From a virus: a DNA stretch of 64,000 nucleotides. The stretch spans positions 96,911-160,910 of IMG/VR virus record IMGVR_UViG_3300020048_000023; one strand, 5' to 3'. Under the pieces are notes generated by a model that made no database searches, had not been told where the DNA came from, and saw only the letters and a program-made list of their open reading frames with translations. Positions 19,923 to 29,792 of the stretch are shown one piece after another; positions within the stretch are counted from its first letter, which is position 1; every line of letters begins with the position of its first letter. The translations under genes were made by a program, and so were the position numbers.

Positions 19923-19954
19923 TTTGGTAGTGTCGGAAACAAGTTGTATATTTG

Positions 19955-20139
19955 CAGCTCAAATAGCGCAAAAGATATGGAATGACTATCTTGCGACCCC
20001 TACCAACGAAGGTAGGCAGATGCAATTCAGCTACCAGAACCTTAAAGACGACATAACAAACATTTTAAACCCAGATACCAATGAACACAACAAAACCGAG
20101 AAAACCGTTCGAAGAAATGAACGCCACCGAAAGAGTTGA
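19955..20139 (+). pseudogene. 5'-truncated ORF remnant fused directly to promoter 19923
   Basis: Protein-like frame (..IAQKIWNDYLATPT..) begins inside the promoter with no leader or ATG. Confidence 0.35.
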
Positions 20140-20539
20140 GTTTGCACACGATGTTGTAGCAGCATTTAAGAAGGATATTGACTCGGGTTCCGTGGTTCCA
20201 GAATCATTGCCCGATACTTTAATACTTTTCCCAGCGAAGGTTCATAAGATTGTTGCTCCCGACAACGAAAGAGAAAGCTCCGTTCACGGATATTTCCTCA
20301 GCTCAACCGAAGCGTATAAGTTTGCAAAGAATTGCGGGTGGTATAGTTCTCCAGGTCAGGTAACAACCCCAGAAGGTATGTTCACAGATGGTGTTAATTA
20401 CTACCACGTCGAAAAACTCAAACTTAAAGACATTGAGGATTTAAAAGCACGGGCAAAGCAAATGCGCATTGACCAAATAAAAGCCAAGCTGACGCCCGAA
20501 GAAATCGAACTGCTCGGCTTATCACAGCCACAAATGTAA
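20081..20539 (+). CDS. hypothetical protein
   Basis: 152 aa, ends KAKLTPEEIELLGL. Confidence 0.8.
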   Translation: MNTTKPRKPFEEMNATERVEFAHDVVAAFKKDIDSGSVVPESLPDTLILFPAKVHKIVAPDNERESSVHGYFLSSTEAYKFAKNCGWYSSPGQVTTPEGMFTDGVNYYHVEKLKLKDIEDLKARAKQMRIDQIKAKLTPEEIELLGLSQPQM

Positions 20540-20543
20540 AGCT

Positions 20544-20852
20544 ATGGACGAAATCCTACTTAAAACACACCTTGACGGGGATTATATGAGCCCGCTGAAC
20601 CTTATTGACGAGGTTAGCGTAGCCTTGGCTCCATATGGGTTTAAAATAGAAACTGACGGGCAGCCACACGACGGTTACGAAGTGGTAATACTCACCAAAC
20701 TGGCTGAGAAAACCTTAACCCCTACGGTTAAACTTGGACAACCGTTCGAGTGTGAAGGTCGCCTGTATATGATCGCAGAGAATACCAATGCGTCTGACAC
20801 GGCGGAACTGGACGGAAACAGAAATCTTTTTCAACTAAAATTAATCGAATAA
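20544..20852 (+). CDS. hypothetical protein
   Basis: 102 aa. Confidence 0.75.
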   Translation: MDEILLKTHLDGDYMSPLNLIDEVSVALAPYGFKIETDGQPHDGYEVVILTKLAEKTLTPTVKLGQPFECEGRLYMIAENTNASDTAELDGNRNLFQLKLIE

Positions 20853-20876
20853 TAATGTTAGCAGGAATTTATTTTT

Positions 20877-21080
20877 ATGAAGAAGAAAAATACAACGACA
20901 GACGCGGCAAGTAATATGCCGTTCAAAGTACGCATACTTGTGGGTCATAACGGTATACCAGAGGGTTCGGTAGTACGTGTAGAGAAAGAGTTAAAGTACT
21001 CATACAAAGGTATTTGGGCGAGTATGATGGGTAGCTACCCAGTTAAGGTATTAAAAAAATACTGCGAAATCAAAAAATAA
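20877..21080 (+). CDS. hypothetical SH3-like small protein
   Basis: 67 aa; stop abuts promoter 21081. Confidence 0.65.
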   Translation: MKKKNTTTDAASNMPFKVRILVGHNGIPEGSVVRVEKELKYSYKGIWASMMGSYPVKVLKKYCEIKK

Positions 21081-21119
21081 TTTGGTATTCTCAATTCTTT
21101 GTTGTACATTTGCGGCATA

Positions 21120-21452
21120 ATGAAAGAAACAATGGAACTAACTGACGTAAAAATATTATTCTGGCACGACGAGGTTACCGTATTTACCTGCGCCGCACAC
21201 TATAATAACCCGCCTGATATATATTTCTTCTGCCTGCTCAATGATGGCGGAGATTACATAGGCGTAAAAATGCCTAACGAAATATTCAAAATTTTACGTT
21301 CAAATAAAACTGATATGCGAAATGTATTTGCCAACATTGAAAACCAAAAGTATATTGGTAGGTTCAGCAGTGGCGAATATGTTATTGCTTACCCGTTTAC
21401 AGGCGAAATGACAGAAGAAATGCTGCCAGCCGAAGGATTTTACATACCATAA
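21120..21452 (+). CDS. hypothetical protein
   Basis: After promoter 21081; start corrected. Confidence 0.75.
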   Translation: MKETMELTDVKILFWHDEVTVFTCAAHYNNPPDIYFFCLLNDGGDYIGVKMPNEIFKILRSNKTDMRNVFANIENQKYIGRFSSGEYVIAYPFTGEMTEEMLPAEGFYIP

Positions 21453-21463
21453 TTCATAAACAT

Positions 21464-22030
21464 ATGCGTAAACAAGACCTTGTTGACACCTATAAGAAAA
21501 TACGCGAAGCGTTAAAAGACGACTTATCGTTGTCGTGTTTACATTATATGTATAACTCCGCGCTCGATCGTATGGACGATCAGAACACGCTTCCATACCT
21601 GTATTACAACTATAAAAAGGTAAGCGACGATAAAATACGTGAGTACTTGGAACGCATTGTTGTTGTTAAGCATATAGGTAGGGGTTTTTACCCGCTCAGC
21701 AAGCGTGCAATGGATAAAATCAAAAAGAAACCACGCAATATATCCCTGACGTTTGACGCTACCAGCACAAACAGGACAAGGGTTAAAGGCTTACACATAT
21801 GGAAGGAAGTAACCTATCTGGTTAAATCGTCCTCACGTTTCTTTCTGAAACCCGATATCGGTGAAATATTCGATGCAATTCCTTGGCAAGACCTACTTAC
21901 CGATACTATAAAAGGAATCGAGTTTATCAACGAATACGAAACCATACCATACACCGACGGCGAACACTTTCTTATGAAGGCTAACCTACTTACCGACGAC
22001 GTATCACTGGCAATTAAAGACCTTAAATAA
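21464..22030 (+). CDS. hypothetical protein
   Basis: 188 aa. Confidence 0.8.
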   Translation: MRKQDLVDTYKKIREALKDDLSLSCLHYMYNSALDRMDDQNTLPYLYYNYKKVSDDKIREYLERIVVVKHIGRGFYPLSKRAMDKIKKKPRNISLTFDATSTNRTRVKGLHIWKEVTYLVKSSSRFFLKPDIGEIFDAIPWQDLLTDTIKGIEFINEYETIPYTDGEHFLMKANLLTDDVSLAIKDLK

Positions 22031-22031
22031 T

Positions 22032-22403
22032 ATGAATCGCGAAGAAGCCAAAAACTTATTCAGAAACGACGTTGACTCCTATGGCAAACCAAAAGCCATT
22101 ATGGGTAAGATCGACCTGATCTTTGATAACCTACCACAATTCAAAATGTACCATATAAACCCGAGGAATTGGGGTATAAATTGGTACATTTGCGCTACCA
22201 GTAAACAGGCGGCTTTAGATACATTACTGAAACGCCTTGAGAACGACGCTATGAAGGAATTAGAAAACCCACACGCCCGTTCATATACGGTGGCGAGGGA
22301 TAAGTATACGATCTGGGCTAATGCAACGCTTAAAAAGCTTCCGAAGAACTATACCATTGACGAATATGACGAGGGCGGAGTAATAGAAAGTGAGGTATCA
22401 TAA
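22032..22403 (+). CDS. hypothetical protein
   Basis: 123 aa. Confidence 0.75.
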   Translation: MNREEAKNLFRNDVDSYGKPKAIMGKIDLIFDNLPQFKMYHINPRNWGINWYICATSKQAALDTLLKRLENDAMKELENPHARSYTVARDKYTIWANATLKKLPKNYTIDEYDEGGVIESEVS

Positions 22404-22615
22404 TGGAAGACAAATCAAACGGAACAATGAAGACTTTAGCCGACGGCACCGAAGTGGTACCACGCGGCTATTACTTTTTACTGGATTGGAATGACCAAGA
22501 CCAGTGGAAATTTATGCGCGAAAACTTCGACCAGAGCAGGTTGTGCGACCTTAATATAGAACAATACAAGCGGCTCTTCAAACACGCCACAGCAAACGAC
22601 TTGAATAAACTATAA
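22403..22615 (+). CDS. hypothetical protein
   Basis: 70 aa, TAATG coupling. Confidence 0.7.
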   Translation: MEDKSNGTMKTLADGTEVVPRGYYFLLDWNDQDQWKFMRENFDQSRLCDLNIEQYKRLFKHATANDLNKL

Positions 22616-22634
22616 ACAACTAAAACTAAACACT

Positions 22635-23087
22635 ATGAAACACTTATTTTCACTACGAGTAAGCTTTATCCTCACTATAGTAACTGTGTTGGGGTTAATA
22701 CTTATAAGCTTAGACGCCCAGATTGCTGGTGTAGCAGTCATAACATTTGTTGCAGGATTTATTTTAAGAGCTCTCACGAATAAATCAACCATCAGAATAA
22801 TGGAAGTACCAGTTGTAGTTAAGCCAGTGGTATTTCCAAAGCCAGATCAACACGTTGTTGGTATCGTGATAGACGACAGCACCAGCGGCAGGCTGTACCA
22901 GATCAAATCTATGAACGAGTTTGGACTGACTTGGTATATTGATCAGAACAGCCGCATATTTGTGCGTCAGAAAATGGACAACAACCCAGACGATGGTGCA
23001 ACTTATACAAATTGGAAAGCTATGGGATTCTTCCCGCATCACGCTATAACAGAAGTACGTTGGAGTAAACTTGAAAAACCTGAATAA
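22635..23087 (+). CDS. membrane protein (2 TM)
   Basis: 150 aa. Confidence 0.75.
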   Translation: MKHLFSLRVSFILTIVTVLGLILISLDAQIAGVAVITFVAGFILRALTNKSTIRIMEVPVVVKPVVFPKPDQHVVGIVIDDSTSGRLYQIKSMNEFGLTWYIDQNSRIFVRQKMDNNPDDGATYTNWKAMGFFPHHAITEVRWSKLEKPE

Positions 23088-23611
23088 TGACACAAGCCGA
23101 ACTATTTGACAAATGCCTGCTCGAAATAGCAGTTGACGTTGAAGCAGCGTTACGCATATCAATGCGTGAAACCATTATTGACGACGCGGGTGAAGACTAC
23201 GTTCACCGCAACGTTATGGGTATCTTTGAGCATAATAAGGCTAAGTACCTTAAAATGTTGCTGCACCCAGAAGGGGAGCCTATGACTGTTCTCAGCGCCG
23301 AAATAGTCAGGCGGCAGGGCGCAACCATTAAGTTCACATCACCGTACAAAACAAAGGTGGGCGACCTATTTTACATAATGGTTGATAGGGTAAATAACGA
23401 TGGGGCAAACCCACATTACTTTGAGGTAAAGGATATCGCCGTTACCGAAGGTGGGTTGCTTAAATTTCTCGCCACAGAAACTGGCTACTACGCACACAAA
23501 TTCGATCGTAAAGAGGACTTTGACCTGAGAACTATCATAGGTCTTCAAGTTATACCAATGACCGACGAATCAGAGATAAAAGCCATACGCGAACAAGCGT
23601 GCTGGTGCTAA
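23087..23611 (+). CDS. hypothetical protein
   Basis: 174 aa. Confidence 0.75.
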   Translation: MTQAELFDKCLLEIAVDVEAALRISMRETIIDDAGEDYVHRNVMGIFEHNKAKYLKMLLHPEGEPMTVLSAEIVRRQGATIKFTSPYKTKVGDLFYIMVDRVNNDGANPHYFEVKDIAVTEGGLLKFLATETGYYAHKFDRKEDFDLRTIIGLQVIPMTDESEIKAIREQACWC

Positions 23612-23635
23612 ATAAACCGTAAATTATTTCATACA

Positions 23636-23920
23636 ATGGAAAATGGTGCAGAACTAATCGCCAAGGAATACGGCGAAATGCGTAACAAACACGGTCACAC
23701 CGTGGAATGGGACGTACACTATAACGCTCACGGACAACTAAGAAGGGCTGCTGTAGCTCTTATATGCGATCATGGTACTGGTGATATATCACAACTACCA
23801 GAAAGTTGGAGCGACCCACTTTGCCGTCATATGATGGAAAAGGATTATAAGGATAGGCTGATACTGGCTGGCGCTTTCTGTGCCGCTGAGATCGACCGCA
23901 TTCAATCGGAAACAAAGTAA
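23636..23920 (+). CDS. conserved phage protein
   Basis: GQL..AA...W......RLILAGAFCAAEIDRI motif. Confidence 0.75.
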   Translation: MENGAELIAKEYGEMRNKHGHTVEWDVHYNAHGQLRRAAVALICDHGTGDISQLPESWSDPLCRHMMEKDYKDRLILAGAFCAAEIDRIQSETK

Positions 23921-23924
23921 TGAT

Positions 23925-24110
23925 ATGTCATTAATTGTACAAAACAAAGAACAGCTCGACCAGTGCTACGAGATAATGAAAAATTGGTTTGGCGTTAGGT
24001 ATAAAATAAACAAAAAAGGTCAGCCGTACATCACTATGACCCCTTGGTACGTGGTAGTGGACTGCTTCAAATTTTTGTATCACTTCTTCGGAAAACATTC
24101 ACCAAAATGA
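23925..24110 (+). CDS. hypothetical protein
   Basis: Start corrected to 23925. Confidence 0.6.
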   Translation: MSLIVQNKEQLDQCYEIMKNWFGVRYKINKKGQPYITMTPWYVVVDCFKFLYHFFGKHSPK

Positions 24111-24256
24111 AATTAGAAAGTTGGGCGGGATTCCGAATAAGTCACGCAATAGCCGCCGTATTTGTGATAGTATTAATGATAGTGGGTAAGCTGGAATGGT
24201 ATTTCGGCTTACCTATTCTATTCTATATACTGGACTTTAAAATAAACGAAAAGTAA
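24107..24256 (+). CDS. small membrane protein
   Basis: 49 aa, hydrophobic; ATGA overlap. Confidence 0.65.
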   Translation: MKLESWAGFRISHAIAAVFVIVLMIVGKLEWYFGLPILFYILDFKINEK

Positions 24257-24262
24257 ACAAAT

Positions 24263-24487
24263 ATGTTTATAATCAAACTCGAAACTCGGCATATAGATTC
24301 CTACTATAATGCTGACACTAAGACATTTACGCTTAGCCCAGAGCCAGCCAAACAATACAGCTCACGCAACCAAGCCAATAAGGATAAGGCTGAGGCTGAG
24401 CAAGGTGGCGGATTCGCACTGGTTGTTGACTACGACGAAGAGTCGCGGGAGTATTGGAAAGAGTTCAACGCACAACACAATTCTTAA
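24263..24487 (+). CDS. hypothetical protein
   Basis: 74 aa. Confidence 0.7.
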   Translation: MFIIKLETRHIDSYYNADTKTFTLSPEPAKQYSSRNQANKDKAEAEQGGGFALVVDYDEESREYWKEFNAQHNS

Positions 24488-24543
24488 AAAAGATTTGGTG
24501 GTGTCAAAAACTTGTTGTATATTTGTCGAAACTTTAAAACAAT

Positions 24544-25125
24544 ATGATACAAGCAAACATATCATCGTTTATCGGACAGGACAACGAGGCTGAACACTAC
24601 TACTGCCACATTGATGCTGTTGATGGTAAAATACCGCCCAAACAGTACAACGGTTCAAGCTTTAGTGATGATGAAATTGATACTGAGCTTACCGAAGCCG
24701 AAGCCGTCCGCCTTAACAAAAAGGATAGCTTTGGCGGTTACAGACATAAAGCTGGCAACAGAACCACCCGCTTCGAGTCAATCAACCGAGTACATCAGGA
24801 ACTACTCAAACGATTTCCAGACCAAGATATCGTCAGCTATGAAGAATGTCTACCATTTAGCAAAATGATCTGCATTATTGACGGCGTTGACCACGGAGTT
24901 AAATACTTCGCTGGCACATTCAGCCACGTACCACGTAGCTGTTACAAAGACTTGGTTCCCGATACATACAAAATCAGGTGCCATTTCTGTCACAAAGAAT
25001 ATCAGCCAGACGAAGTGTTTGAAGAAATAGATTGGCGTGGAAGACCACTGATTCAATTTATGAAAAAGCGGGACGTAGACGATCCCTGCAACTGCTTTGA
25101 ACTTGAATGGGACGTAATACTATAA
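24544..25125 (+). CDS. HYY-motif paralogue family protein
   Basis: AEHYY...T.RF; similar to 27828 and 52048. Confidence 0.8.
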   Translation: MIQANISSFIGQDNEAEHYYCHIDAVDGKIPPKQYNGSSFSDDEIDTELTEAEAVRLNKKDSFGGYRHKAGNRTTRFESINRVHQELLKRFPDQDIVSYEECLPFSKMICIIDGVDHGVKYFAGTFSHVPRSCYKDLVPDTYKIRCHFCHKEYQPDEVFEEIDWRGRPLIQFMKKRDVDDPCNCFELEWDVIL

Positions 25126-25128
25126 GCT

Positions 25129-25419
25129 ATGAAACAAGAATCCATATTTAAAAGAGAAAACGGCGATAAGGTAAAAGTAATTGCCGACCTATACATACCG
25201 TCTAACGGTTTACCCGAATACCGCGTATATGTCGCTACCCTAAAAAAGGGTAAACGCACGTGGGTGTATCATAATTGCAAAAACGACTACCCATACAGGC
25301 AACTTCCATTTGGCGGCGCCGAACGAGAAAAATACGAAAACGATTTTTTACTTACCATAGCCACGGCTGACGAAATATCGACGGCAAAGCTGGCTCTCTG
25401 GACGTCACTAAAACCTTAA
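25129..25419 (+). CDS. hypothetical protein
   Basis: 96 aa. Confidence 0.75.
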   Translation: MKQESIFKRENGDKVKVIADLYIPSNGLPEYRVYVATLKKGKRTWVYHNCKNDYPYRQLPFGGAEREKYENDFLLTIATADEISTAKLALWTSLKP

Positions 25420-25424
25420 TTCAT

Positions 25425-25703
25425 ATGAAAGTAACTAAAGACACAGTAATCAACGTCGGTGATACCGTCAGGATTAAACCACGTAGCTGGTACGAAAAGA
25501 ATAAAGACGCTAACGGCGATGTAGATACACCAAGTAGCTTTGTCAGTGATATGGCTGTATACTGCGGCAGAAAAGCCAAGGTTATCGGCGTATACAATCG
25601 CGACGATACAAGCAAAATGTATTTGCTGGATATATGCGTGGAAGACTACTGGAGCTGGGACTGGGAAATGTTTTCAAGTGTTACACCTAAAGCCGCTGAG
25701 TAA
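25425..25703 (+). CDS. KOW/SH3-like phage protein
   Basis: VGDTVRIK..WY...FV.DM..YCG...W...MF. Confidence 0.7.
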   Translation: MKVTKDTVINVGDTVRIKPRSWYEKNKDANGDVDTPSSFVSDMAVYCGRKAKVIGVYNRDDTSKMYLLDICVEDYWSWDWEMFSSVTPKAAE

Positions 25704-25906
25704 TGAAAAAGAAACCAGCCCCCGAGTGGATAGCGGTGGAAGATCAACTCCCCGAGTGCGATACCTTATACGCTACCTATAATACAGAAACTAAACTTAT
25801 AGGTAAAGAGTATCTGTATGTTGGTCATTGTCTTCAATTTGTAAAAAAATACACCCATTATATGGAGTGGGTTAAATACATTTATTTACTAAAACTACCT
25901 AAATAA
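25703..25906 (+). CDS. DUF551-like small protein
   Basis: EWIAVEDQLPE...THYM. Confidence 0.55.
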   Translation: MKKKPAPEWIAVEDQLPECDTLYATYNTETKLIGKEYLYVGHCLQFVKKYTHYMEWVKYIYLLKLPK

Positions 25907-26100
25907 TGGAACCAACATTCACACAGGAAAACGTAGACAACCTCTACAACACGTGCGCAAACATACAAGGCTTATGCGACGAAGCTATTGACGGACAATT
26001 TATGACTTCCCATTTGGTGTTCTTGGGCGAACTTATAAAAAAATTTGCTGATAACCCGATTGTAGCCAACTCTGGAATAATTACACCCAGAGTAAAATAA
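25906..26100 (+). CDS. hypothetical protein
   Basis: 64 aa; stop abuts promoter 26102. Confidence 0.7.
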   Translation: MEPTFTQENVDNLYNTCANIQGLCDEAIDGQFMTSHLVFLGELIKKFADNPIVANSGIITPRVK

Positions 26101-26156
26101 ATTTGGTGGTTACAAATATTAGTTGTATCTTTGCTTCAACTTTAAAACGAAAAGCT

Positions 26157-26327
26157 ATGAAATACTTCTGCAAATGTGGCGCTCAGATGGTCAACGTACC
26201 ACCAGCCAAAGGCGAACCAGCCAAAGTACAAATCATCCAAGGTGATCTTGTAAAGGTGCAAACCACCCGCGTATACCGCTGCCCTAAAGGGTGCAAACAA
26301 ACCGACACCGTAAAACAGACCCGATAA
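26157..26327 (+). CDS. Zn-ribbon microprotein
   Basis: CKCG...CPKGC; start corrected. Confidence 0.7.
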   Translation: MKYFCKCGAQMVNVPPAKGEPAKVQIIQGDLVKVQTTRVYRCPKGCKQTDTVKQTR

Positions 26328-26779
26328 TGGAACCAATCGTACCATTCTACAAAAAGAAATCATTCTGGTCTATCTTAGCCGTAATAGTTGCTATGCTCGG
26401 CATAATAACTATACTGGGATACAGGATTAGCCAATATGTACAGGAAGTTAATAAAGACCTGAGAGAAGCCGCATACCAGCAACACATCACTGACTCAACC
26501 CAAGCTGCCAAAGACGCCGAGATCGTCGCTCTGAGGACAGATTTGGAGCTCTACAACGATAATAAGGAACTATACGCCGCCGTAACCGAGTTTAATAAGG
26601 TTGCAAAGACCCTAAAGTACCGCGAAGGCGATATGGTTTACTGCAAACCTGACTCAACCCGAGCCCTGATCATTGGTGTGATCATTAGCGGTTCAAAATA
26701 CTACCACTCCGTCAAGTATGCTGTACAAACCAAATTTGACGGTGGCTTCCACGAACTATTTCCGAGCGAAATATACTAA
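26327..26779 (+). CDS. single-TM protein
   Basis: Start corrected to 26327. Confidence 0.75.
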   Translation: MEPIVPFYKKKSFWSILAVIVAMLGIITILGYRISQYVQEVNKDLREAAYQQHITDSTQAAKDAEIVALRTDLELYNDNKELYAAVTEFNKVAKTLKYREGDMVYCKPDSTRALIIGVIISGSKYYHSVKYAVQTKFDGGFHELFPSEIY

Positions 26780-26793
26780 CACATCATATAGTT

Positions 26794-27318
26794 ATGGAAA
26801 ACGGGCTCTTAAATGGATTTAATGATGGGTTACACCCCTCGTCAGGAATTGGCGGTGGTCAATCCGCTGCCGAAATGATGGCTGAAATTAACATAATGCA
26901 AGCGTATGACGAATATCAAAGAATGTTCGTACCTCTCGACTTAGCTATTATCCTTAAAGCTAAAGGGTTTAATACCAGATGCATTTACAGTTACTATGAA
27001 GATGGTTCGGTAGGCTCCGAAATTGGCTGGATTAACTACAACCAATCGGATACGCTCGTATCACGCCCGCTATACCAGCAGGTGGTAGATTGGTTCAGGG
27101 TAAAGCATAAATACGTACTCAGTGTATTTCAGGAAACAGACTTTGGAATGGATACTGATAGAAATCCAACGTATACAGGCAAATGGAATTGGGAAATAGT
27201 CAGGTTAGGGACTTTTGAGCCCGCTTATGACTGTCAATTCGGCGTTGCTGATGAATATTACAAAGGATGGTACGAAATAGTAAAAATGGCAATCACCTTA
27301 ATACCAAATACAAAATGA
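26794..27318 (+). CDS. conserved Bacteroidota-phage protein
   Basis: FVPLDLA..LK.KGF...PLYQQVVDWFR.KH. Confidence 0.75.
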   Translation: MENGLLNGFNDGLHPSSGIGGGQSAAEMMAEINIMQAYDEYQRMFVPLDLAIILKAKGFNTRCIYSYYEDGSVGSEIGWINYNQSDTLVSRPLYQQVVDWFRVKHKYVLSVFQETDFGMDTDRNPTYTGKWNWEIVRLGTFEPAYDCQFGVADEYYKGWYEIVKMAITLIPNTK

Positions 27319-27764
27319 AAACACTCCGTAAATTATTTCACCTAATTGCACGTACAGATAAAACTGAACCCAAACTAACAAAGGTTAATGTTACAGCCGT
27401 AGCGGGAACATACTGCCCCAAGTGCAAACAGGATGGCGGTTTATCCCACTATAATCACCCACCAGCGCAACCATACTATCTATGCGAAAATTGTGATAAG
27501 ATAACCACCGACTCAGAGTATGCCGAGCTGATGAAGCCACAGGAACTTAAAGAGAAAGACCTTAACATATACGACGTGTGGGAGTCACCCAACGGAAACC
27601 TATTCCTTAAAGTATCTGAGGACTATTCCTTGGCATTGGGAACTAAAGGCAATCATGCTCCAAGCAAAATATGGGGCGATCTTGGTCATACCCAGTATGT
27701 AAAATCAAGCGACGTATTCCCTGTGGTAATGGTGGGCAGACTTATATTTTCCGATGATGATTAA
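27315..27764 (+). CDS. Zn-ribbon hypothetical protein
   Basis: CPKC...CENC; start corrected. Confidence 0.75.
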   Translation: MKTLRKLFHLIARTDKTEPKLTKVNVTAVAGTYCPKCKQDGGLSHYNHPPAQPYYLCENCDKITTDSEYAELMKPQELKEKDLNIYDVWESPNGNLFLKVSEDYSLALGTKGNHAPSKIWGDLGHTQYVKSSDVFPVVMVGRLIFSDDD

Positions 27765-27827
27765 AAATATTTGGTAGATTAAAATATTAGTTGTATATTT
27801 GCACCATAAACTTTAAAACAAGGTACA

Positions 27828-28406
27828 ATGGACAAGTATAAAAATACCGAACGCTGGGCTGAACGCTGGGAAAAATGGCTCGCCGACGGCGGAATCACCG
27901 AAGGAATAGATTGTGATATCAAAGTTAAAATACCAGCCGACTTAGGCGTTGGTGTTACAATGCAGAGCGAAGGTCACACGCTCATATCAACCCGCGAAAT
28001 GGGCGGGAAAATGATGAAAGATTATATGAAAACGGTTACGTTGAAAGTGAGCACTTGGCGCGGAATAAGCGGCGGTGCTGTTCACTATTACGGCAAGCTG
28101 GAATTTCATAGCGTTGATTTTGCACGTGAAGGTAGCGACAGCCGCTTATCTTCCTGTGGTCACGGCATCCCTGACTATCTGGAAAGCGGCAAATTCGAGC
28201 TCACACGCCCTGTAACACAGGCTGAGATCGACGCAAACCCAAAACTATGGGTAGCCTATCACGCTGGAAGCAGAACTGAAAGGTTCGACAAAGTTCAGGA
28301 TGTTATTGACAGAGGCACAGAAATCTTTGACCAGTGGTTCGAAAAGGGCTGGCTTCTGGTGCTGGAAAAGACTTGGGTATCCAAAAAAGAAACCTTGCGA
28401 AAATAA
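27828..28406 (+). CDS. HYY-motif paralogue family protein
   Basis: GAVHYY...ELTRPVT..E...W..Y..GS.T.RF. Confidence 0.8.
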   Translation: MDKYKNTERWAERWEKWLADGGITEGIDCDIKVKIPADLGVGVTMQSEGHTLISTREMGGKMMKDYMKTVTLKVSTWRGISGGAVHYYGKLEFHSVDFAREGSDSRLSSCGHGIPDYLESGKFELTRPVTQAEIDANPKLWVAYHAGSRTERFDKVQDVIDRGTEIFDQWFEKGWLLVLEKTWVSKKETLRK

Positions 28407-28459
28407 ATTTGGTTAGTTCAACTATTAGTTGTATATTTGCACCCTAAACTTTAAACCAT

Positions 28460-29038
28460 ATGAAAACAACATTCAGACCAGATGGATCGATTCAGATCAC
28501 AATAGAAACCCTCGAAGAAAGAATCATTCTCGAAAATATGTACAAACTTAAAGGAAACGGCAGCACACTTACATTAGTAAGCGTAGACGATTACTTGGTG
28601 GCATCACCACAGACAATCATACCGCCACTGTTCAACAACCAGACCTTGGGTAGCAAATACGGCGTGGTGTTCACACCAGAGCACGTTAAAAACATATTGG
28701 AGTTCCTTACCCAAGGTTCAAAGTTAGGCGCCGTTAAATACGTTAAGGAAGTCACAGGCTTAGGCTTGAAAGAAGCCAAAGACTTGGTTGACGAGTTTCC
28801 TGTTATTCTCAACCAACAGGAGTTGAACAAGCAGCACCAAAAGGATTTGGATAATGAAAAAAACGTCATTCACACCCACATATTCACTCCTAAAGAGGTT
28901 ATGGTTATAGTCGGGTATCTTGACAGGAAAGAAAGATTGATGGCTGTTAGGTACATCAAGGAAGCCAAAGGAATAAGCGTGGAAACAGCCAAAATAGAAT
29001 TTGATAAATTCTTGGCTATGAACACACACATACTTTAA
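28460..29038 (+). CDS. protein with two ribosomal L7/L12 C-terminal-like domains
   Basis: KLGAVKYVKEVTGLGLKEAKDLVD and degenerate RLMAVRYIKEAKGISVETAKIEFD. Confidence 0.8.
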   Translation: MKTTFRPDGSIQITIETLEERIILENMYKLKGNGSTLTLVSVDDYLVASPQTIIPPLFNNQTLGSKYGVVFTPEHVKNILEFLTQGSKLGAVKYVKEVTGLGLKEAKDLVDEFPVILNQQELNKQHQKDLDNEKNVIHTHIFTPKEVMVIVGYLDRKERLMAVRYIKEAKGISVETAKIEFDKFLAMNTHIL

Positions 29039-29049
29039 TCCATACAGCT

Positions 29050-29325
29050 ATGGCAAAAATGGTATACACAACCGCAGGGGCGCTGTTAGCAGTGCTGGCG
29101 TTCACAGACCCAACCAACACACCCAAGATCGCATACAACCGCGATGATCTGGCTCAGCCGCTTATTGATAAGCTGAGAAATGCTATTGGCGATAAGGACG
29201 GAAGCCAACAGGTTTGCCTCTCTTTCGGCAACAGCGATGAAGAAAAAGAACTGGAACACCAGTTTAGCCAAATATGTAGAAATATTGGTGAAATATTCTT
29301 GGAAATTTACAGCATAACAGTTTAA
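29050..29325 (+). CDS. hypothetical protein
   Basis: 91 aa. Confidence 0.7.
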   Translation: MAKMVYTTAGALLAVLAFTDPTNTPKIAYNRDDLAQPLIDKLRNAIGDKDGSQQVCLSFGNSDEEKELEHQFSQICRNIGEIFLEIYSITV

Positions 29326-29336
29326 CCCTAATCATT

Positions 29337-29784
29337 ATGAAAAAAAAAATACCCAATATTCGTGACAATCTTATGCGCCTTAGTCGCGTTCGTTAATGTC
29401 TTCGCATACGGCGACACTGGACGCCAAGAATCAGCAGCGCTTTTAAGTATATTTTTGATGTTTATACTAGCGTTCTCATTTTGGAGTACATACGCCAGCA
29501 TAAACGACGCCATTCTAAGAAAGATTAAGTCCAATGAACCCGCAGAGCCCGAAGAAGTGTTGCTAAAAATTACCGTTAGAAATAACAGGGACGGCAAAGA
29601 CTTCACATACGCGGCGGATAATGAGTTTGGATTGAATTACAGCTACGAATACGACAGAAGAGGACAGGAGTTCCTGAGAATCGTAAAAGAACTTAAAGAC
29701 GGTAGCCTTACCTTAGCCATACTGACTGAGCACGACGTTATCGACGTTAAATACGGATTCTATACAACCGAAACTGTAAAATAG
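29337..29784 (+). pseudogene. 2-TM membrane protein with +1 frameshift in an A10 tract
   Basis: ATG 29337 + A10; with A9 it reads MKKKYPIFVTILC.. in frame with 29362..29784. Confidence 0.6.
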
Positions 29785-29792
29785 TTCAGACA

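Noticed and set aside
28460-29038. Gene symbol rplL (and rpoA for 58211)
   Set aside because: Only isolated domains are present; these are not full-length orthologues
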